DNA of 64,000 nucleotides from an uncultured Porticoccus sp. (GTDB lineage Bacteria > Pseudomonadota > Gammaproteobacteria > Pseudomonadales > Porticoccaceae), in contig CAXYDD010000002.1 of NCBI GenBank assembly GCA_964276025.1, positions 731,568-795,567 of the forward strand. The letters are read 5' to 3'. The notes under the pieces are model-generated. The model did not search any database, was not told the DNA's origin, and was given only the letters and a program-made list of their open reading frames with translations. The first letter of the stretch is position 1, and each line of letters starts with the position of its first letter. Positions 19,559-28,359 of the stretch are shown in pieces. The translations under genes and the position numbers were made by a program.

Positions 19559-20640
19559 TGATCAGTCCGGATACTAAAAAAACACCTATCCCCAAATCAG
19601 ATATTTTTTCGATTAAATTATTGCAGTGGTTTGATTTTTTTGGTCGAAAAGATTTGCCATGGCAAAAAAATCCCTCAGCCTATTCTGTATGGGTTTCTGA
19701 AATAATGTTGCAGCAAACACAAGTAAGTACTGTTATCCCTTACTATGATCGTTTTATGAAAACCTTCCCAGATCTAGAAGCTTTAGCGAAAGCTAGCGAA
19801 GATTTGGTTTTTCATCATTGGAGCGGACTTGGCTATTATGCGCGCGCTAGAAATTTACATAAAACAGCAAAAATTATTTCATCTAACCTTCAAGGTATAT
19901 TTCCAAACACGCAGGAAACCCTAGAGAGTTTGCCAGGAATAGGGCGCTCTACAGCAGGAGCAATATGCGCAATTGCCTATAAGAAAAAGGTATCTATACT
20001 AGATGGCAATGTTAAAAGAGTTCTTGCAAGACACGAAGCAATCGACGGCTGGACTGGACATAGCAAAACATTGAAGTTGTTATGGGCAGCAGCTGGAAAT
20101 TACACTCCGACTGTGAGAGTTGCAGATTACACACAAGCCATCATGGATTTAGGTGCTACTCTATGTACTCGATCAAAACCAAAATGTCATAAATGTCCTG
20201 TTAGTTATGACTGTAAAAGCTTTATTGCAGGAAATCCTGAAAATTATCCGAAAAAAAAACCTACTAAAAAGATACCTTCTAAATCAGTTTATTTTTTAAT
20301 TATGATTAATCTGGACGGTAAGTTATTGATGCAAAAGCGAGCAATTAATCAACTTTGGGGTGGTCTATGGGCGTTTCCAGAGTGTAATAATATAACAGAA
20401 ATTTCTAGCTCTTGTGATGAGTTTGGCCAATCTGCAAAAACATGGTCAATACTTCCCTCTAGTCGTCATTCTTTTAGCCATTATCACTTAGATTATTCAC
20501 CAGTCATGATAGAATCACTGACACAGAATATAAAGTTAAATAGAAAGGATATTCTTTGGTACGATCTCGATAAACCGTATGAGATTGGAATGCCAAAACC
20601 GGTAACTGATCTATTGTTAAAAATAAAAAAAAGGTACTAG
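19558..20640 (+). CDS. mutY: A/G-specific adenine DNA glycosylase
   Basis: LPWQ..PSAYSVWVSEIMLQQTQV, HhH-GPD (LPGIGRSTAGAI), a C-x6-C-x2-C-x5-C cluster (CTRSKPKCHKCPVSYDC) and a C-terminal NUDIX-like domain. The GTG start overlaps the asmA stop (TAGTG). Confidence 0.93.
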   Translation: MISPDTKKTPIPKSDIFSIKLLQWFDFFGRKDLPWQKNPSAYSVWVSEIMLQQTQVSTVIPYYDRFMKTFPDLEALAKASEDLVFHHWSGLGYYARARNLHKTAKIISSNLQGIFPNTQETLESLPGIGRSTAGAICAIAYKKKVSILDGNVKRVLARHEAIDGWTGHSKTLKLLWAAAGNYTPTVRVADYTQAIMDLGATLCTRSKPKCHKCPVSYDCKSFIAGNPENYPKKKPTKKIPSKSVYFLIMINLDGKLLMQKRAINQLWGGLWAFPECNNITEISSSCDEFGQSAKTWSILPSSRHSFSHYHLDYSPVMIESLTQNIKLNRKDILWYDLDKPYEIGMPKPVTDLLLKIKKRY

Positions 20641-20643
20641 CAT

Positions 20644-20916
20644 ATGGCGCGCATGGTGGTCTGTAAAAAGTTGGGAAAAGAGTTAGAAGGATTAGATGGT
20701 CCTCCTTTTCCAGGTCCAAAAGGGTTAGAAATTTTTGATAACATATCTAAGAAAGCATGGAATGATTGGCTTGAGCATCAAACTCGAATAATCAATGAAA
20801 AACATTTAAATATGATGGATATTTCAGCACGCACTTATATTAATGAACAGAGAGAAAAATTCTTTGCAGGCGACGAAATAGATCAGGTCGAAGGCTATAT
20901 ACCACCTAAAATATGA
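20644..20916 (+). CDS. yggX: Fe(2+)-trafficking / oxidative damage protection protein YggX
   Basis: 90 aa with VVCKKLGKELEGLD.PPFPG..G..I..NISKKAW..W..HQT..INE. It follows mutY, as in many gammaproteobacteria. Confidence 0.9.
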   Translation: MARMVVCKKLGKELEGLDGPPFPGPKGLEIFDNISKKAWNDWLEHQTRIINEKHLNMMDISARTYINEQREKFFAGDEIDQVEGYIPPKI

Positions 20917-20998
20917 TTTTCACTATTATAGTGTTGACGATATAAAGTTGAGGAGGTTTAATACCCGCCAGTTTTGAGCGTACGCTCAATAGATTTTT

Positions 20999-21074
20999 GC
21001 CCAGATAGCTCAGTTGGTAGAGCAGAGGATTGAAAATCCTCGTGTCGGTGGTTCGATTCCACCTCTGGGCACCA
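20999..21074 (+). tRNA. tRNA-Phe (anticodon GAA), CCA encoded
   Basis: GCCCAGATAGCTCAGTTGGTAGAGCAGAGGATTGAAAATCCTCGTGTCGGTGGTTCGATTCCACCTCTGGGCACCA. It folds as a cloverleaf with a 7-bp acceptor stem (GCCCAGA/TCTGGGC), anticodon stem GAGGA/TCCTC with loop TTGAAAA, and a T-arm GGTTCGATTCC. Confidence 0.95.
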
Positions 21075-21169
21075 GTTTTTATTTCACCCATCTCTGATTT
21101 AGTGCTTAAGCAAGATCACAGCAAATAACCCAGAATTTGTTCATAAAAAAAGAAAAGAGATTATAAGAA

Positions 21170-21643
21170 ATGAAAACGCTAGCTATAATCCTTCTGTTTA
21201 CTTCTTCTTTATGCTTGGCTGAACAGCGTCTTTTGACATCTCAAGACGTACTATCAGGATTTCCTCTCTGTGCCATATCTTCATCTTATGGTCAAAGATG
21301 CAAAGTTTTTAGTGATAAGGAGCAAGCTGCATTTACCCCATCAAAGATTGAAGATATAACGGGTATAGAAAAAGCAGCCAATACACTTCATGTTACAACA
21401 GATGACTGGGTGTATAGTTTTTCTATCAGCAATACTGATGCAAATAAAGCAATTTTAAGATTTACTGATGATGCCAAGCTGAGTACCTACCTCTCTAGTA
21501 CAAAGTTTGATGTTCACTGGAATGAGAAAAGAAAGAGCTGGTTTATGGTAGGTGAAATTACTGATTATACTACTGATAATTCAGAAGATAAGGGAAAGTA
21601 TATTTCTTATCCTGAGCCGATGCCATTTTATTTGAAGAACTAG
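21170..21643 (+). CDS. Secreted hypothetical protein
   Basis: 157 aa with a signal peptide (LCLA/EQ). No recognisable domain. It ends 2 nt before the next gene. Confidence 0.5.
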   Translation: MKTLAIILLFTSSLCLAEQRLLTSQDVLSGFPLCAISSSYGQRCKVFSDKEQAAFTPSKIEDITGIEKAANTLHVTTDDWVYSFSISNTDANKAILRFTDDAKLSTYLSSTKFDVHWNEKRKSWFMVGEITDYTTDNSEDKGKYISYPEPMPFYLKN

Positions 21644-21645
21644 AT

Positions 21646-22149
21646 ATGAAAAATCTATTCTCGATTAAATATACGTTAATTTACATTTTATTAGTGCCAT
21701 TTATTAACTGGACCTTCAGCTGGGCAGTAATTTGGGAGATTTTTCCTGGTTGGGCTTTTAACCCAGTGACAGTTGTAACCGGCCTGGTTCTAGTATTTCG
21801 TGACTTCTCTCAACGCGAAATCGGTCATAAGGTGCTTATCGCCATGTTTATTGGCTTATGTCTCACCTATATTACAACTGGGGCTGATCTAGCTCTAGCT
21901 AGTGGCTTAGCTTTTATTATTGCTGAACTGGTCGACTGGACGCTTTACACGTTCTCAAAATTGCGCCTATCATCTCGGGTATTATTATCATCGGCTTTGG
22001 CTGCGCCAATTGATACCAGTGTATTTTTATTTATGGCACAAACCATAGTACCGGGGATGTTCACGGTGCCAAACATCACAATGTCAATAACAGGTAAGCT
22101 AGCAGGGGCGTTTGTTGTATTTGTAATGTTACGAAGCCGCAAACTTTAA
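21646..22149 (+). CDS. Short VUT (DUF165, YhhQ-like) family membrane protein; possible queuosine-precursor/vitamin transporter
   Basis: Polytopic 167-aa protein. The spaced motifs RDF..REIG, AELVDW.LY...KLR and S.L.A.PIDT..F resemble the conserved D/R...G, lD..vF..lR and DT..F blocks of the VUT family. Confidence 0.5.
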   Translation: MKNLFSIKYTLIYILLVPFINWTFSWAVIWEIFPGWAFNPVTVVTGLVLVFRDFSQREIGHKVLIAMFIGLCLTYITTGADLALASGLAFIIAELVDWTLYTFSKLRLSSRVLLSSALAAPIDTSVFLFMAQTIVPGMFTVPNITMSITGKLAGAFVVFVMLRSRKL

Positions 22150-22277
22150 CTATAAACTAGCTCTCTAATATATAATTTTTATTGGGTTTTAAAGCGTTTT
22201 TAGTAGGGTTTTACGTTTTTGTTTTTATTCAAAAAAAGAAAAAGTAACGATATTTGAATAATTATCCACATTATTTT

Positions 22278-22670
22278 CTAAACACGAAATTTTTCCAAAA
22301 CTAATTTTGAAATATATTTCAACGCTTTCTCGTGAGTTGCCTCAAGCTTTAAGGGTGGAGCGACACCAGCTTCATACGCCTCCCTCCATCGTAGTATACA
22401 CAGACACCATTTGTCGCCAGCTTTCAGCCCAGGAAATTCATATTCAGGGATTGGTGTAACGAGATCGTTTCCTTTTGATTTAGTAAAGTTGAGAAACTCA
22501 TCTGTAATTAAGGCGCAAGCTATATGTGTTCCATAGTCCATAGAATTTGTGTCGCAATAACCATTTCTTAAAAATCCAGTCATAGGAGCACAACAACATG
22601 ACTCTAAATCTGTACCCAAGACATTTTTTGCTTTCTTCCCCTCCATTAGCATCTTTATTCTCCATAACAT
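22278..22670 (-). CDS. DUF2237 family protein
   Basis: NVLGT.L..CC..PMTGF.RNGYC.T...D.G.H..CA..T.EFL.F....GNDL....P...FPGLK.GD.WCLC..RW is the DUF2237 signature. The true start may be an internal Met a few codons in. Confidence 0.75.
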   Translation of the reverse strand: MLWRIKMLMEGKKAKNVLGTDLESCCCAPMTGFLRNGYCDTNSMDYGTHIACALITDEFLNFTKSKGNDLVTPIPEYEFPGLKAGDKWCLCILRWREAYEAGVAPPLKLEATHEKALKYISKLVLEKFRV

Positions 22671-22871
22671 ATCAGGCTTATAGACTGACAGTCATTTTGC
22701 TTCAAAAATTTTATAGATATATACAGTAATCATGTCAGCCAAGTTAAAAATTCAATAACCTTAAAGTTAAGAAATTGATAAACATTTAGATCATCAGCGC
22801 CGAAAGTGATAAGAGCAAAAAAAATAATAAAAATTAGATTTAGGACCCAAAAAATTTTAAGCACTGATTTT

Positions 22872-23420
22872 TCACCACTCTTGAATAAATAAATTAAAAA
22901 GCTGATCTGATTTAAGTTTTTCAATTTCAAGCATATTGCTATGTATTAATTCAACAACCTCCAGCGCCTCCTTGCTACCTTGCTTAGCCGCAAGCCTATA
23001 ATATAAATATGCCATTGCCTCACTTTTCTCTTCACGAAGATTGTCTTCACCTTTAAAAAATAAATTTCCAAGGAGGAGACTTGCTTTTTCATGACCTTGC
23101 TTGCTTGCTTTTTCATACCATTCAACTGCTTTCCTATGATTTTTTTGGATACCGGAACCTGTATGATATGAAACTCCAACATTAAACATACCATCTCTAT
23201 TTCCTTGCAAAGCGGCCTCTAAAAACCAAACATTAGCTTTAGAGAAGTCTTTTTCCACACCATTACCTGTGGCATAAATCATCCCTAGCTCCATTTGACT
23301 GTTACTATCACCTGATTCTGCCGATTTTCTACATTCTTCAAAATTTGAACAAATTGAGTCTGAAAAAGCATATGAGGTTAATCCAAAAAGCAAAACGAAA
23401 TAGTGTATTCTCAATTTCAT
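22872..23420 (-). CDS. Secreted Sel1 repeat protein
   Basis: Signal peptide followed by Sel1-type repeats (Q..LG..Y..G.GV.KD...A..WF..AA..G). Confidence 0.8.
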   Translation of the reverse strand: MKLRIHYFVLLFGLTSYAFSDSICSNFEECRKSAESGDSNSQMELGMIYATGNGVEKDFSKANVWFLEAALQGNRDGMFNVGVSYHTGSGIQKNHRKAVEWYEKASKQGHEKASLLLGNLFFKGEDNLREEKSEAMAYLYYRLAAKQGSKEALEVVELIHSNMLEIEKLKSDQLFNLFIQEW

Positions 23421-23528
23421 ATTAATTTTTTACAGCTTAATAATTTATCGGGTATCTTAAGAGTTATAATATCAAAATTGGTAATAATTGTGTGAAACAA
23501 AGTAACTTTGATTTATGGATAATGAAAA

Positions 23529-24236
23529 ATGAAAAAACCACTAGAAACCATAACCCTCTCTAATGGTGATAAATATATTGGTGAGCTAAAAGACGGCCAT
23601 ATCAATGGCCAGGGTACTTTGTATTTAGCTAATGGCATTTTTTATAAAGGTGAATTTAAAAAAGGGGCATTTCACGGTAGAGGTGTTTTAAATAATCCAA
23701 TTATTGGTGTATATACAGGCCAATTTAATAATGGTCATGCTTGTGGCGAAGGAGAGATGATTTACACCATCGGACATATATATACGGGTCAATGGAAAAA
23801 TAATAAGAAGCAGGGTTATGGAACTTATATAGACGATACTGGAGGCAAATATGAGGGTCAGTGGCAGAACGATAAAAAACATGGAGAAGGAACTTTAGGT
23901 TTTGATGATGGCAATAAATATTCTGGTAGTTGGCTGAATGGAAGAAAACAAGGAAAAGGTAAATATTCATATCCTGACGGTTCCAGCTATGTAGGCGAGT
24001 TCCTTAATGGTGAGTATCATGGTCGTGGAATCTACACATATCCCGATGGTGGCAATTATTCAGGTGAGTATGAGTTTGGTAAGGCCAATGGACAGGGCGC
24101 ACTTACCAAGCCAGGTATTGGAAAATACGTCGGTGGTTTTATGAATGATAAAGAACACGGAAAAGGTACTTTTATTGATATAAACGGTGAAGAGTATGCA
24201 TGTGAATGGAGAGATGGCAAAAAGACAGAAGACTAA
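23529..24236 (+). CDS. MORN repeat protein (about 10 repeats), cytoplasmic
   Basis: Repeated Y.G.w..gk.hG.G units run through all 235 aa. There is no signal peptide. Confidence 0.85.
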   Translation: MKKPLETITLSNGDKYIGELKDGHINGQGTLYLANGIFYKGEFKKGAFHGRGVLNNPIIGVYTGQFNNGHACGEGEMIYTIGHIYTGQWKNNKKQGYGTYIDDTGGKYEGQWQNDKKHGEGTLGFDDGNKYSGSWLNGRKQGKGKYSYPDGSSYVGEFLNGEYHGRGIYTYPDGGNYSGEYEFGKANGQGALTKPGIGKYVGGFMNDKEHGKGTFIDINGEEYACEWRDGKKTED

Positions 24237-26023
24237 TGATCCTTAAACTGATCATTACAATATTATATATAAGTTCCACGCTTAATTTATACGCAGCACA
24301 AATCTCTGATCAGCGCGATCCAGAGGTTTTTTCATTAAAAAAACAAAATAAAATTATATTAACTAACATTAAGCATGAAAACTTAAAAAAAGAGAGCCTG
24401 CCGGTTATCGCAGATAATTGGATGGTTGTTACGGCAAACATTCAGGCGTCTAGAGCAGCAGCAAAAATTCTAGAAAAAGGTGGTACTGCAGTTGATGGAA
24501 TGATTGCAGCACAGCTCGTGCTAGGTTTAGTTGAGCCAGAATCATCCGGCTTAGGCGGCGGGGCATTCCTGCTATATTACGATAATGACAGTAAAAAAAT
24601 CACCTCTCTTGATGGAAGGGAAACAGCACCATTAAAAGTAACACCCTCTATGTTTCTCACTAAGGATGGTAGTCCACTAAAATTTGTAGATGCTGCTATA
24701 GGGGGCAGGTCTGTGGGAGTACCAGGTACTCCTGCGTTGCTTGAACAGGCTTATTTAAAATGGGGAAAACTTAAATGGCCTTCATTGTTTGAAGAGGCAA
24801 TTAGCTTGGCTAATAATGGTTTTATAGTTTCCAAAAAATTAAGTTCCTCTATTGAAAGTCATTATGAATCAATATCAAAAATCAAAAGAACCAGAGATTA
24901 CTTTATTCCTATTGGACTTAAAATCAAAGCTGGCCAGATCCATAAAAATAAAGCATATGGAGATACGCTAAGAAAATTCTCTATACATGGGTCTAATATT
25001 TTTTATTCAGGGGAAATTGCAGACGATATATTGTTAACAATAAATAATAATGTAAATTCTGGGTTTCTTTCAAAAAAAGATCTGTTGTTATATGAGATTA
25101 AAGAAAAGAAACCAGTTTGTTCGCTTTATCATAGCTACCAAGTTTGCGGAATGGGTCCGCCATCATCAGGGGCTGTAACAATTAATCAAATATTAGGAAT
25201 AGTTGAAAATTTTCCTCTTTCACAGCTTGGATCAACAAATCCAGAAACATGGAGGATTATCGGCGATGCATCGAGATTAGCCTTTGCTGATCGATCATTG
25301 TATTTGGCCGACGACGATTTTATTTTTGTTCCAGTTGAAGGTCTATTAAGCAAAAAATACCTTAAGGATCGAAGTAAACTACTAAATACTAAATACAAAA
25401 TTCCAACAGTCAAACCAGGCATACCCGAAACGAAGGTTACATTAAATTATCATCCAGATATGTCACGTGAACTACCATCTACCTCTCATATATCTATTAT
25501 TGATAAATATGGAAATATCTTATCAATGACAACATCAATCGAGAGCTCATTCGGCTCTAATTTAATGACAAAAAGTGGCTTTTTATTGAATAATCAACTG
25601 ACAGATTTTTCATTTATTAGTCATTCTGGTGGTAAGGTAGTTGCCAATAGAATAGAACCCGGAAAGAGACCTCGATCGTCGATGGCACCAACAATTATTT
25701 TCAAAGAAAATAAACCTGTATATATTATTGGAAGTCCTGGAGGCACCAATATAATTGGGTTTGTGCTAAATGCTATTATTGGGCTAGTAGATTGGGATAT
25801 GAATGCACAGGAAGCTGCCTCAATACCACATGCAGTCAACAAATTTGGTGATTTTGATGTTGAGGCGGGTACAAGAAGGGCAAATATGAAGCAGTCTTTA
25901 CAAGAAATGGGCTATAAGGTTAACTTAAAAGAGTTCTATTCAGGATTAAATATAATTGAGGTTAAAGACAAAATATATGGTGGTTCGGACCCAAGAAGGG
26001 AGGGTGTTGCTATTGGGGGATAG
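24236..26023 (+). CDS. ggt: Gamma-glutamyltransferase (periplasmic, autoprocessing)
   Basis: Signal peptide, GGTAVDGMIAAQL, SGLGGGAF, the autocleavage/nucleophile site PSTSHISIIDKYGN, and GSPGG and GGSDPRREG near the C-terminus. The preferred ATG at 24236 overlaps the MORN gene stop (TAATG). The ORF track's start at 24206 adds 10 aa. Confidence 0.92.
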   Translation: MILKLIITILYISSTLNLYAAQISDQRDPEVFSLKKQNKIILTNIKHENLKKESLPVIADNWMVVTANIQASRAAAKILEKGGTAVDGMIAAQLVLGLVEPESSGLGGGAFLLYYDNDSKKITSLDGRETAPLKVTPSMFLTKDGSPLKFVDAAIGGRSVGVPGTPALLEQAYLKWGKLKWPSLFEEAISLANNGFIVSKKLSSSIESHYESISKIKRTRDYFIPIGLKIKAGQIHKNKAYGDTLRKFSIHGSNIFYSGEIADDILLTINNNVNSGFLSKKDLLLYEIKEKKPVCSLYHSYQVCGMGPPSSGAVTINQILGIVENFPLSQLGSTNPETWRIIGDASRLAFADRSLYLADDDFIFVPVEGLLSKKYLKDRSKLLNTKYKIPTVKPGIPETKVTLNYHPDMSRELPSTSHISIIDKYGNILSMTTSIESSFGSNLMTKSGFLLNNQLTDFSFISHSGGKVVANRIEPGKRPRSSMAPTIIFKENKPVYIIGSPGGTNIIGFVLNAIIGLVDWDMNAQEAASIPHAVNKFGDFDVEAGTRRANMKQSLQEMGYKVNLKEFYSGLNIIEVKDKIYGGSDPRREGVAIGG

Positions 26024-26261
26024 GCTCTAAATTATATATGTATTATTTACGGGAACATCTATAAGCGCATATTGTGAGAATGATAAAATTTTACCTAAAG
26101 ACGAATATGTCTGATCTCATCTAGATGAGTCAACAGACAGAAACAATTGTATGATATGTGAAAAGAGAGCAAAATTTGCACCTATAGCTTACTCAGCTAA
26201 GAGGATAAAATATAATTGCTTGAGAGAATATGGTTTAAAAAAATAGTTAAGAAGGTTAGTT

Positions 26262-26402
26262 GTGAAAAAAATACATCTACCAGAAAAAATTTGTCTAGTA
26301 TGTGAGAAACCGTTTAATTGGCGAAAAAAATGGGAAAAAGACTGGGTTTCAGTGAAATACTGCTCAACAAGATGTAAAAGAAATAAGAATAAATCTCAAT
26401 AA
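26262..26402 (+). CDS. DUF2256 small zinc-ribbon-like protein (46 aa)
   Basis: Too short for the ORF track. The GTG-initiated [49 protein letters not shown] matches the DUF2256 pattern K.C..C.rpF.WRKKW...W..V.YCS..C. Confidence 0.6.
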   Translation: MKKIHLPEKICLVCEKPFNWRKKWEKDWVSVKYCSTRCKRNKNKSQ

Positions 26403-26468
26403 TTTAACATGGATTTATTTCCATAAAATATTCCATATAAATTATTATTTTTTTAAAAAAGAAAAACT

Positions 26469-26804
26469 ATGCAAAATATTTTCTCGTATGGAACACTGCA
26501 ACAAAAAAATGTGCAATTAGAGATACTTGGAAAATTACTTGATGGCATTGAGGATACTATCGAGGGTTATTGTGTCACGCAGTTAGAAATAAAAGATTTA
26601 TCTGTGTTAAATGTAAGCCAGAACAAGATGCACCCGATTATTTATTTTACTGGTAACAAAATTAATAAGGTTACTGGTACTTTATTCAGTGTAAGTGAAA
26701 TGGATTTATTAAAAATTGATACCTATGAGGTTGATGATTATCACAGGATTGAGATTTATTTAAAATCTGGTAAGAAAACCTGGGTATATGTAAAAAAATT
26801 TTAG
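26469..26804 (+). CDS. Gamma-glutamylcyclotransferase-like (AIG2/GGACT family) protein
   Basis: 111 aa with the N-terminal IFSYGTLQ motif and the size typical of the family. Confidence 0.65.
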   Translation: MQNIFSYGTLQQKNVQLEILGKLLDGIEDTIEGYCVTQLEIKDLSVLNVSQNKMHPIIYFTGNKINKVTGTLFSVSEMDLLKIDTYEVDDYHRIEIYLKSGKKTWVYVKKF

Positions 26805-27025
26805 TTTAAGTTTATTTTTCCGCATTTTAACAAATATAAAAATTCACTTTTGTTACGAAAATAATTTACTTTCACAATAAAATTATAATAATATTACCCC
26901 TCTTATATGACAGACTGTTTGTTCGAAGGTTATTAGTTGACAATCAGTTGACAATTATAAAATTATAAGTAAATGATTTATATGTTTTTTATTTTATTAA
27001 ATAGACAACTTGAGGATGCTTAAGC

Positions 27026-27361
27026 ATGAAATTCGATGGAAAAAACTTATCAGATGGTGGGAAAATTGTCGCTAATGTAACTGGAATCAATGCTTCAAAA
27101 ATGACAGTTGGGCGTGGAAAAAATAGTATTATAGTCTACGATGGTGCCGATAATTTGAAGCCTATAATGAATGTTCGCCGAGCAATTATGTACGAAGGAA
27201 TTGGTACATTAAGGCCTATAGCGTGCGTCCGAGAAGATAAAGTATACAAAGGACTCAGTCATGACGATGTTATAGCTACTATGGCCGAGGTTGAAAAGGT
27301 CATTGAAGGCGAAGCAGATACAATAACTAAAGCTGCTCTATGGGTTGCAAAAGGACAGTAG
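27026..27361 (+). CDS. Hypothetical protein with internal beta-hairpin-like repeats
   Basis: 111 aa. A repeated unit is visible: (GGKIVANVTG) / (SIIVYDGADNLKPIMNVRR) / (AIMYEGIGTLRPIACVRE) / (DKVYKGLS). It looks like an independent transcription unit with its own terminator. Confidence 0.5.
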   Translation: MKFDGKNLSDGGKIVANVTGINASKMTVGRGKNSIIVYDGADNLKPIMNVRRAIMYEGIGTLRPIACVREDKVYKGLSHDDVIATMAEVEKVIEGEADTITKAALWVAKGQ

Positions 27362-27387
27362 TACAAAAAACTATCTCTATTTAACAA

Positions 27388-27430
27388 TGAAAAGGTGCTA
27401 TTAGATTTTAAATCTAGAGCACCTTTTTCT
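27388..27430. terminator. Bidirectional intrinsic terminator between the 27026 gene (+) and argF (-)
   Basis: AAAGGTGCTATTAGATTTTAAATCTAGAGCACCTTT forms a long hairpin (arms 27391-27399 / 27418-27426 plus an inner TAGATTT/AAATCTA pairing). An A-run lies to the left and a T-run to the right. Confidence 0.75.
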
Positions 27431-27446
27431 ATAGTTCTTTTATTTT

Positions 27447-28352
27447 TTATGTATTCAAAAGAAATTCTATGAGTGCTTTTTGCGAGTGAAGCCTATTTTC
27501 AGCAGCAATCCAAACGGCTGAGTACTCAGAGTTCATAATGGTTTCATTAATTTCTTGCCCTCTGTAAGCGGGAAGGCAATGCATGAATATTGAGTTATTG
27601 TCAGATAAATTCATTAGGGTTTCATTTACTTGAAAGTTTTTAAATGCTATTTCTCGGGTATTTTTTTCAGACTCCTGACCCATTGAGGCCCATGTGTCTG
27701 TCGCCACTAAATGTGCTCCAGAAATTGCTTCTACTGGATCATGAACGAGAGTGACGTTTTGCTTTAATTGATCAAGCAAGCTTGAGCATGGTTCAAATCC
27801 TTCAGGGCATGCGATCGTTAGCTCAAAATCAAGCATACCTGCTGCATGCATGTAAGTCTGACACATATTGTTTCCATCACCGACCCAAACTACTTTCTTC
27901 CCTTCTATATTGCCTCTTAACTCTATAAACGTTTGCATATCAGCTAGTAGTTGACATGGATGATGATCGTCTGTCAGTGCGTTTATAACAGGCACTGAGG
28001 AATAAGATGCAAAATTTTCGATATAGTTTTGACTGAATGTTCTCATCATAATGATATCTACCATACTTGATATCACTTTAGCTGAGTCTTCTACACATTC
28101 ACCTCGACCCAGCTGGGTGTCGTTGGGCGACAAAAAAAGAGCACTGCCTCCAAGCTGAGCCATTCCTGTTTCAAAGGATACCCTTGTTCGAGTAGATGAC
28201 TTTTCGAAAATCATTGCCATAACTTTGCCCACAAAAGGCTGATACAAAATATTCTTACGATGCTCTTCCTTAAGTTGAGCAGCTCGCGATAGAATTTTTT
28301 TTAGTTCTTCTTTTGATAGGTCTTTGAGTGTCAGGAAATGTCTAAGCGTCAT
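27447..28352 (-). CDS. argF: Ornithine carbamoyltransferase
   Basis: STRTRVSFE, HPCQ, DTWASMGQE and HCLPA motifs; 301 aa. Confidence 0.93.
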   Translation of the reverse strand: MTLRHFLTLKDLSKEELKKILSRAAQLKEEHRKNILYQPFVGKVMAMIFEKSSTRTRVSFETGMAQLGGSALFLSPNDTQLGRGECVEDSAKVISSMVDIIMMRTFSQNYIENFASYSSVPVINALTDDHHPCQLLADMQTFIELRGNIEGKKVVWVGDGNNMCQTYMHAAGMLDFELTIACPEGFEPCSSLLDQLKQNVTLVHDPVEAISGAHLVATDTWASMGQESEKNTREIAFKNFQVNETLMNLSDNNSIFMHCLPAYRGQEINETIMNSEYSAVWIAAENRLHSQKALIEFLLNT

Positions 28353-28359
28353 TATTGTA

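Noticed and set aside
20906-21091. 61-aa minus-strand ORF
   Set aside because: It overlaps the tRNA-Phe gene on the opposite strand and is spurious.
22262-22270. Isolated perfect DnaA box TTATCCACA just past the 3' end (8 nt beyond the stop) of the DUF2237 gene
   Set aside because: A single 9-mer in AT-rich DNA, with no neighbouring boxes, is expected by chance.
22730-22930. 66-aa minus-strand ORF with one TM-like segment between the Sel1 and DUF2237 genes
   Set aside because: It starts at a TTG and overlaps the Sel1 gene by 59 nt. A shorter 44-aa version starting at a GTG is possible but has a weak SD and no homology I can recognise. That is not enough support to call it.
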